A DNA stretch of 61,506 nt, filler included, from Choristocarpus tenellus KU-1152 (taxonomy: Eukaryota > Protista > Phaeophyceae): NCBI GenBank assembly GCA_964200185.2. It is 12 parts of 12 records of this genome, joined end to end, with 100 filler letters (N's around TTAATTAATTAA, not from the genome) between each part and the next. Parts side by side here need not be neighbours in the genome. Positions count along the whole stretch, not along the records: positions 51,634 to 54,332 come from CAXNAD020025537.1; positions 54,433 to 57,256 come from CAXNAD020024434.1; positions 57,357 to 61,506 come from CAXNAD020015966.1; 9 more parts are not named here. One strand, written 5' to 3'. The position numbers were made by a program, and so were the translations under genes. Positions 53,800 to 61,506 of this stretch are shown here, piece after piece; positions within the stretch are counted from its first letter, which is position 1, and every line of letters begins with the position of its first letter. The notes under the pieces were generated by a model that had not been told where the DNA came from, searched no databases, and saw only the letters and a list, made by a program, of their open reading frames with translations.

Positions 53800-54310
53800 T
53801 TTCTGTGAACACACACACAGGTGACCCACATAGCAATATGTACCACGACGGTGAGAAAAGGAGAGTCGCCGAGGCCACTCTGCCCCCTGGATCTACCCTC
53901 GGCACCTTCTCTGTCGAGAGGCGACGAAAAAACAAGTACCGTGTGACATCCAGTGCCATGTTAGGTGACGAGAAAGTGCGTGTAGCGTGGCGCAGCAGCA
54001 TAATCAAATCATGCAATGGACCACGCGGAGAGAAGATGCATGCAAATTGTTACCACACAAACGTGGTTGGATCTTCAACCACATCGGAGCACTGCTCTGC
54101 ACTCTCTGCTGCCGCGGGAAAGCTGGAAGAGACTGGCGAGTCCATTGTGCATATTACCTTGGGAGGTAATGCTATTTGTTAGTAGTGAAGATAAGAAGGT
54201 GTGAAACCTCACACGACCCCCTTTGCTGAACGTGATTACATGGTTGAAATTAGAAGAGGGACCTTTGTGGGGTGTCTTCTCATTGCTTGTTTATTATTCT
54301 TTGTGCTTCC
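53800..54310 (+). mobile_element. Probable Copia-like 3' end relic (RNase H tail, purine tract, LTR start); homologous segment at ~47895-48060 (-)
   Basis: EKMHAN..TN (cf. MxADxxTK). The ~150-bp stretch GTGAAGAyAAGAAGGTrTGrAACCTCACA...TTACATGGTTGAAA..GAAGAG.GACCTT.GTGGGGTGTCTTCT is shared by both loci. Confidence 0.4.
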
Positions 54311-55505
54311 TGACCCAAACTATCTGGGAGGGNNNNNNNNNNNNNNNNNNNNNNNNNNNNNNNNNNNNNNNNNNNNTTAATTAATTAANNNNNNNNNNNN
54401 NNNNNNNNNNNNNNNNNNNNNNNNNNNNNNNNCCCCCCGATACTTTGGGTCGATGCAGTCCTGACGTTGGAAGGACTCACACCTAATGAGCCAAACCAAT
54501 TTGTGAGATTATGAATAGCTACTTTTCTCCGTCCCAGGAAAATCCTTGTTCCTTTTCAGCGTTGTTTTACGTTTTTTATTACAATTCACACAACTAGACC
54601 AGTTCACCATACCATAATGGCTGGAGGCTCCTGTATAGCACTTCATAGAGAACGGCATATTAGCATACAGCATTTGCTCAGCAGAAGCTCTTGTGTTACA
54701 AAATGTGGTGCTCTATCTGAGAAACCTATCAATGTGTTGATAGAAGGGTGCACCCCTGTGTATCATCCTAAACTGATCGGAGTCCAACATTTAGCAGGTT
54801 CATGTTTATGGTGGCCTATCCTTTACGTTCAGACTATTTTGTGCTATTCGACGACCAGTAAGCCAGTTACTATGTGGGGTCATCTTCCAGTGAAGTGCTT
54901 CTTTCTAGTTGTTTCTCCTCACGGAAAGTTGAACCAACAGAGGAGGTACCAATAACCCCTGTTGGTTGACTGTCCAGAGTTGATGCATCCTGATGATTAG
55001 TATCACGTATTTTTGCTGCAGAGATGTGCACTACAGAAGACAGTACTCTGGAGCAGATGGAGCAGGTACAACTACAAGACTCTTGGTCGTAGTGTATAGC
55101 ACCCCTTTTATCATCTACAAACAACCTGCTTATTTTCTGATGTTGATTCATGCAGTGTCCTGCTGTACACTTCGAGCAGCAGGGGAAAGTACCTGCTTTG
55201 CTCCAAAGTTCTTTATATCGAGAATTGTGCACATCTCCCCCACTGCGCTACCAACTCAATAAGCGCAACTCTAGATTTTCCACTGCCACCCCCACTATGT
55301 CCTTGCAGCACCCTATGTCTGATATGACTCTACCAACAATGCGAAATCATAACCAACCCTGCTCCATCAAATTTACAATTTTCCGGTCACTAATTGAACC
55401 TTTCCTCACTCTGGCATCTCTATGGTCTACCTTACCACCCCTACTTAATTTTGACCCCCAAATCCTCATTCCGGACCATCTACTGGTTTTCCTTTGACTC
55501 TACAG

Positions 55506-56846
55506 AAACGCTTGGGTGGGGAGGAGGAGGGAGAGGAAGAAAGTGAAGATGAGGAAGAGGAGGATGAGGAGTATGACTTTGATGATGACGGTGAAGAAGA
55601 GGTCGATGACAGCTGCCCACCTGGGTGTGATATTGGCCTTTATGAAAAGGCAAGTGGAGACCATCCAGGATGAAAAGCGCGCCATAGGGACGGGTAAACG
55701 AATAAATTGATGAATTGATTGCTTAATTTTATTCCTGTGCGATATACCCTTCAAGTTATAGTGTTTCATCCCTTTTCTTGAGTTCTATGGCAGCTCTTCT
55801 ATTGCTATCCTTAGGGTTTGAAGTCTTGTTCTAATCTGGTCAGTGAAATAGGAGGATGATGGAATAAACCGTTTTTCCGTGGAGACTATATATTTTTTTC
55901 ACCGGGACCACCTTAATGTATACCATTATATCATCCAGCAGTCCACCGATTTTCACAGTGCAATCACTGAAAAATCGGTCAGTTTTCTGCGCCGAACACC
56001 TCTGATCGCCGATGGTACCCATCACTATGGTCTTCCTCTACTCTTGTAAGTGAGCACAGTCGAGATTGGAGTATGCTGAATAAGTAACCCCTGGTAAGAT
56101 TTTATTAAGAAGGTGGTGGTAAATATACAAATAATGCACACTTTGAATTTCTTCTCCACAATAGGAGGTCATGGTAGGAAATAGGGAGCAAAATTAGGGT
56201 AGTCCAGTATTACTGCTTTTGTTTGATCCCAATTTCACTGCTGATGTGGAAGCACTGTAGATGATTTCTATTTTGCGACATATACCAATGACCCTGTGTG
56301 CCACAAAATCATCCACACCGCTTGTGGTAATTATATATAAATATATATTATTCTACTGTGTGTTGTGATAGTAATAGCACTTGTTAGCTTGCCTACCCAT
56401 GTAGGTGACAGTGCCGTACATAAAAAAAATGTTTTCCTGACAGCAGTGCACTTTAGCATTCTGAAATATCACTGTGTTGATGCTTAGAACCATGCCATGC
56501 ACAAATTTCAGTACAGTACACTATCCATCCTTGAATAATGACCAACCAATACTCCAAGTGCAAGGCGTTGAAATATACTTTGAAGCAGAACTGTGATCTC
56601 TGACACAGACACAAACAAACATATATATATATATATATATATATTGAAGTTCACATCTTGCACCCAAATCTCTTGGAAGATTAAACCCCATTCGAGCATC
56701 ATTTCACTCTCTCTATCTCCTACCCTACATCAATGACACCTGTGTCCCAGGTACTGGAGTTGCGCGAAAGTCGCCTGGACAGGGAAGAAGCATTGCTCGA
56801 GGTCCAGAAGGGTGCTGATGAACTTAAGCGGACACTGGCCCGGCAG
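55506..56846 (+). CDS. CFAP44: Cilia- and flagella-associated protein 44 (WDR52), C-terminal region; exons 55506-55649 and 56751-56846
   Basis: Acidic run + VDDSCPPGCDIGLYEK|VLELRESRLDREEALLEVQK matches the CFAP44 DDSxCPxxCDxxLxExxLxLRExRLDxEEAL motif as recalled. The phase-0 join uses a GC donor (AAG|GCAAGT at 55650) and a CCCAG acceptor. Confidence 0.82.
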
Positions 56847-59800
56847 GTGAAGAGATCGTTAACCACCACTCAAATTCACACATGAAACAAAGTCGCTCAG
56901 AGGAATACCTTGAACAGGATATATTCATCACTAATCCCTTTTACCCTTGAACTATCAGATTGCGTACACATATTTGCACACATCTCAATCGTCCACCATA
57001 TGCACTTGAATTGCAAAAAAGCAAGAAATATATTGCATTGGGCGATTTCCAGGGATGGTACCGCTCCTATTAATGTGTCTAACTGAGACTGGTAGTGATG
57101 CTGTGAGGACATTATAATGTGAAATACCCTTCATGGCATGAAGATCTGTTTGGAGATAACTCCTGTGTTTTAGTGTTCAGACTCAGAGTATCTGTGAGGG
57201 GGTGGCGGATGTTCATTTGGGGCCAATTTTTTCATCTTGCGATTTTTGGGTGATTTNNNNNNNNNNNNNNNNNNNNNNNNNNNNNNNNNNNNNNNNNNNN
57301 TTAATTAATTAANNNNNNNNNNNNNNNNNNNNNNNNNNNNNNNNNNNNNNNNNNNNTGAGAGATCCAGCATACTTGACGACTTGTGCACCAGGAGTCCCA
57401 TACGTACATCAACATGATCTATAGGCCCGTAGATTGGAGCTATACATCCTGTGGAGGTAAGCTTTCGGGGGCGCCTGTAACAACAGGTGTACACTTGTCC
57501 CTTGGGGACCAAGTAAGCACTACAGTTTGCAACCTGCCTCACTCAACACCCACCCAACACCGTACAATCCCCTTCAACCTCATTGACTCCATCCAAAGTA
57601 TCAGGTGATCTTATCCTTGCTAGGCTTATTTTCCCTCCTGCGGAGCAACATGTCCACTGCAGTATTACCAGTCGCCAAAGGTGCTCCACCTACAATTCGA
57701 TAGTTCAGATTGTAACACACATGCGTCTATCTAATGCCCCTATATGTCCTCAAGGTATCATGGAAACCTACGTTTTTTTTTAGACTACTTGAAAGGCAAA
57801 GCAATAGTAATAGTACTTCAGAGTAATATATATTTTCACCTTGAAGACAATTTGCGGTATCTATCAAAGTTGGGTGACTTGGGTGGCTCTTAGCAACTAC
57901 TGTTTTATTGCTCAACGGTTGCACACTATTTTTTCTGCCCAAGGCATGTTTGTACAGAGGCACTGTTCCAGAGGGTTTCGCGTTGATGTAGTGCATAGTC
58001 TTATCCTGGGCTCCGCAATTTGAAATGCAACTTTGTTTGTGTTAATGTCTTGTGTAGGTTGCTGCCACTGTCGCTCCCCTACCTAATGCCATCTTTCTTC
58101 AGTTCGAACCAGCTCGTTTTCAAGATCTTCTTTTCGAGTGCTATCCAAAGTGAGGGGGTAATCTGTACAACTAGGGTCCGTTCGAAGTTTGAAGTTGAAC
58201 CGTAAGTGCAAGTTGGTACTTCTGTGACCTGTGGGGAGTGGGTGTAAATTTTTTACTGTTTGGAGTAATCACAAACCTCTCATCGTGATAGCAGAAAAAA
58301 CGAGTAATTAATTGTTCACAGAGGACATATACGGGTATGATTATCACATCAGTATAGTTAAACATTTAATAGGGTAGGAGTTTTGCCTTGCTTTTCCGTT
58401 TGGGGCTTGGCTTCCCACGAGCTTTTTTACCTTTTTCGGTTTTCTGAGTGAACATATTTACGTAGAATGAATGCATACGATAATGAAAGGTGTGTCCGGA
58501 GCGAGGATATTGACACTTGCTAGCAAACACGATAGCCAAAATGAATCAAATACGCAACATTAGATTTATGATCCCGAACGGACGCGACCCTACCATCATA
58601 AATGTTTCCGCTCGAAATGAGTCAAACCGACTGAGAGTAGGCAGGGTTGCATTTTCGAGAAAGGGGAAAAAAATGTCATTTTGTACAATTGTAGAAAGAG
58701 CTTTTGCTTAATAGTGGTGTCACTTCTTGTGCCGAAAGAGAGGGTATCGATTTTGCGTACATTATTGTACATAAAAAAACTATGAGATAGAGTGCAATGT
58801 GCAGGTTAAGAAAGGTAGTTTAGAAGGCAAAATGTTCCAAACCTGCCTACCTCTCAGTCAACTACAGATTTGGCTCAATTCAATCAACTACACTTGTTGT
58901 ACAGAAGTCCTCTTTTTCTGCAGATGTTTGTAAGAGGGCTAGATGCGATATTATGGGCAACCGTAGCAGGTCATTCGTGGTTTGTCTCAGTGTGAGGTCT
59001 CTTCCTCCATTGGACGTACTTGTACAACACTATTAACAGTGCGGCCAATCCCCTCCAAAGAAGCAAACCACTCTCAGCAGTCTCAAGGTTGGTACAACAC
59101 CATGCTTTGTATGTGTACATATATCTACATATCCAATCCCTAGAGGTTACCAAGTTTGCTCATGGAACCTCCCCAAATGCACACTATGTCCATTGGGTTG
59201 TCTGCGGGCCACATTGTATCTCATGGACTCGGGCAGATGATATTGTCCAAATACCCCAAGGTAAGGGCGATAGATGTCATTTGGTCACCCGTTTCAAACT
59301 GTCACATCTCATACTGTCCTTCGCTGAAGGGGCTGACTGTCCAGGTGCTGTCCAGGTGAAGGGCATGATCTGCGCATAACCTCAAGGATGAGGGGGGCTC
59401 GTCACTGTTGCCAAGTGATAAACACAGTAGTATACTTCGAAGTGCTACCCTGTACATAGTATACTATGTAGTATTCATAGTAATACTTTGAAGTATCAGT
59501 ACCATCAACAGGAACAGTGCCAGGAGAAGTACTGGGTTGCTCATCCACACAACCAGTACCATGGTGTGTAGAACCAGGCAATCAAAACGAGGTGCCAGGG
59601 GATAATTGCTAGGACTCTATATGTAGGCATATCTTGCATACCAACTTGATCCAATATTTACCCGTTTGCTTGGCTGCAGGTCCTCGTTGCATCCACTGTG
59701 GCAACTGCAATGGGTAAATTATCAGCAAGAAGCACGTTTAAAGCTTCCAGAGTACCTCACCCTGTCCCTTTACAGTTTAACCACAAAGTGGGCAAGATCC

Positions 59801-60608
59801 GGAAGTCAGCGGTAATTCTAATACAAGCACAGACTTCTCCGTCAGGAAATATGCCCCTGTGGGTTCAGGGGAGGTATGCGGCGTATACCTTTTGGTCTAT
59901 TACTCATTTGTTGTGTTTGTCTTTGTTATTGATTGGTCAGGAGCCCAGTTTGTTATAAATACGTGCTTGCAGAGGTCGAGTCACATGCAGATGGAAAAGT
60001 ACAAGGAGATTGCAAGAGGAGTATTGGCAAAGGAGATGGCTGTTCATGTTTTGAAACTGCGAATGGTTTTTCCATTAATTGATTTTCCACCCTTCTCATG
60101 AGGATCGTGATATTCGAGTCAAATCCGTAGAGAGCACCAACTGCCTATACCTCCTTCAAGCCATCAACCCCAACAATGTCCAATATGATCCTGCCAACAA
60201 TGTATGGGCAACACTACCGCTGAGTAGCTCACACCTCCTGTTCATCTCTGTCCACACTTACTGGTTGAGCACTATGGTCGTGTGACAAATCAAAGGAAGG
60301 ATCGATATAAAAAGAGTGTGAGCCCTACTAGTAGCAATGATCCCTACAGAAGGTGTTCATATACACATTGTATTATGCTGGTATTTTATGCCCTTCTTGT
60401 TGCCATTTTATCGTGAAGTGTTGATTGAACCGTTTGGCAATAGCAATTCTAAGGACTCCAGGGGATGAGCGAGTGGGCACATCCAATCTTATAATTTCGG
60501 CAGAGTCAGGAGTACATATCAGTTTGTAAGATTGGTTGTGCCAGGGAAATAGCCCTACACTGTACGTTTCATGTGTGTACATAACTTAGACATTATGGAA
60601 CACTTACG

Positions 60609-60993
60609 TGTGGAAAGCAGGTTTGTCTGTCGTTATACCGTTATTATCGTACGACATATACCATCATACCGACTGAGGTTGTGTTCTGAGAACTTCGGTT
60701 CAACGGTGTGGAGGGTTTTCGGAGTGATAGATTTCCGTGTCTTCCTGTAACATCTCTTTATGCGCACGTTTTTTCGAAGGCGGATCTCCTATCTTTGAAG
60801 AGTTTCTTTTCCGAAACCCATCTGAATCGTGATCCTCCCCACTTCCTCAGTCCCCCAACTTTTCCTGCAAGTACTTTCAGTCATACACTCGTGTTATAGG
60901 TCGTCTTCGTCTGCCTGGTCCGTCCTACCCGCTGATTCTCTTCACCACCCTTGTCTGAGTGAACTATACCGTCAGTGAATCACACAATTCAAA
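60609..60993 (+). mobile_element. LTR, second copy of the 43722 family
   Basis: TGTGGAAAGCAGGTTTGTCTGTCGTTATACCGTTATT... and ...TGATTCTCTTCACCACCCTTGTCTGAGTGAAC...GAATCACACAATTCAAA align with copy 1. Confidence 0.8.
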
Positions 60994-60994
60994 T

Positions 60995-61037
60995 TGGCGA
61001 CACCGGTGAGATTCGAACTCGCGCGTGCAAAGCACAC
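60995..61037 (-). other. 43-nt copy of the 3' half of a mature, CCA-ended tRNA-Ser (extended primer-binding site; not a functional tRNA gene)
   Basis: Minus strand GTGTGCTTTGCAC-GCGCGAGTTCGAATCTCAC-CGGTGTC-G-CCA gives a long variable arm, T-loop GTTCGAATC, acceptor 3' strand, discriminator G and CCA; no anticodon or D arm. Confidence 0.85.
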
Positions 61038-61506
61038 AAACTTACGATCATAAATGTATGGGTATTTCTTGGGGTAGTACATATTAAGGACCATTATTTG
61101 AATATTGGGAAGTAGTACACAAAAGTCATCATCAACATGTTAAAGAACAAAGGTCGGGATCGGAGATGTAGCTAAGGAGTACATTTCACACTAGGTTACT
61201 TTATTTCAAATTATGCTGCTACCCCTACCCTTCCAAACAAAGATTTAATCATTTTCTATTATACGTCACCACTTTTTCTTCCACTTTCTTTGTAAGGGAA
61301 TTCACCATCAGGAAAACAGGGGGGTGGGAAGGAGAGCTGCAGCAACAAGACCTGTGGAGAGGGGGGGTGGCAATGTGAATGTGGAGGAAGTGAGGAAGCC
61401 ATCTTCTTCATCTGCACCACATAGATATCAGCAGTCCACCAATGGGGTGACTATGTGCAATGCAGTCATTACTTCACCTTTGTGACCCAAAGTATCTGGG
61501 GGGAGG

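Noticed and set aside
54600-55260. Second piggyBac-like relic
   Set aside because: The resemblance is too faint, with no intact catalytic motif.
2441-56846. Functional clustering of SDR, bactofilin, DHHC, RPL23A and CFAP44
   Set aside because: Each gene lies on a different concatenated contig, so their adjacency is artificial.
58083-58228. Candidate minus-strand exon (CCACAG...AG|GTAGGG)
   Set aside because: Two frames are open with no recognisable homology, so it cannot be assigned.
60995-61037. Intact tRNA gene
   Set aside because: Only the 3' half is present, with encoded CCA; there is no D arm or anticodon arm.

Overview
Intron-rich, transposon-littered eukaryotic nuclear DNA. It is most likely a photosynthetic stramenopile (ochrophyte or brown-alga-like); this is an inference from a possible bipartite plastid leader, a flagellar CFAP44 gene, RTE-type LINE relics, short TTAGGG runs and an intron-containing bactofilin. 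The window is not one locus: about 12 contigs are joined by an artificial ~100-nt N-TTAATTAATTAA-N spacer, so synteny across spacers means nothing. Host genes rebuilt by hand from splice signals: a complete 2-exon SDR (retinol-dehydrogenase-like), two spliced exons of a bactofilin-domain protein, three exons of a DHHC palmitoyltransferase (one GC-AG intron), an internal RPL23A exon, two CFAP44 exons (GC-AG intron) and several orphan exons. Notable non-coding items are an H/ACA snoRNA predicted to guide the LSU rRNA pseudouridine equivalent to yeast Psi2314, and an LTR fused to a 43-nt copy of a CCA-ended tRNA-Ser 3' half. The window also holds a very abundant ~180-bp poly-G/poly-C MITE, several foldback or palindromic repeat families, and degenerate LINE, Gypsy, Copia, piggyBac and Tc1-like relics. 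Most ORFs in the supplied track are spurious. All homology calls are by eye from motifs; no searches were run.
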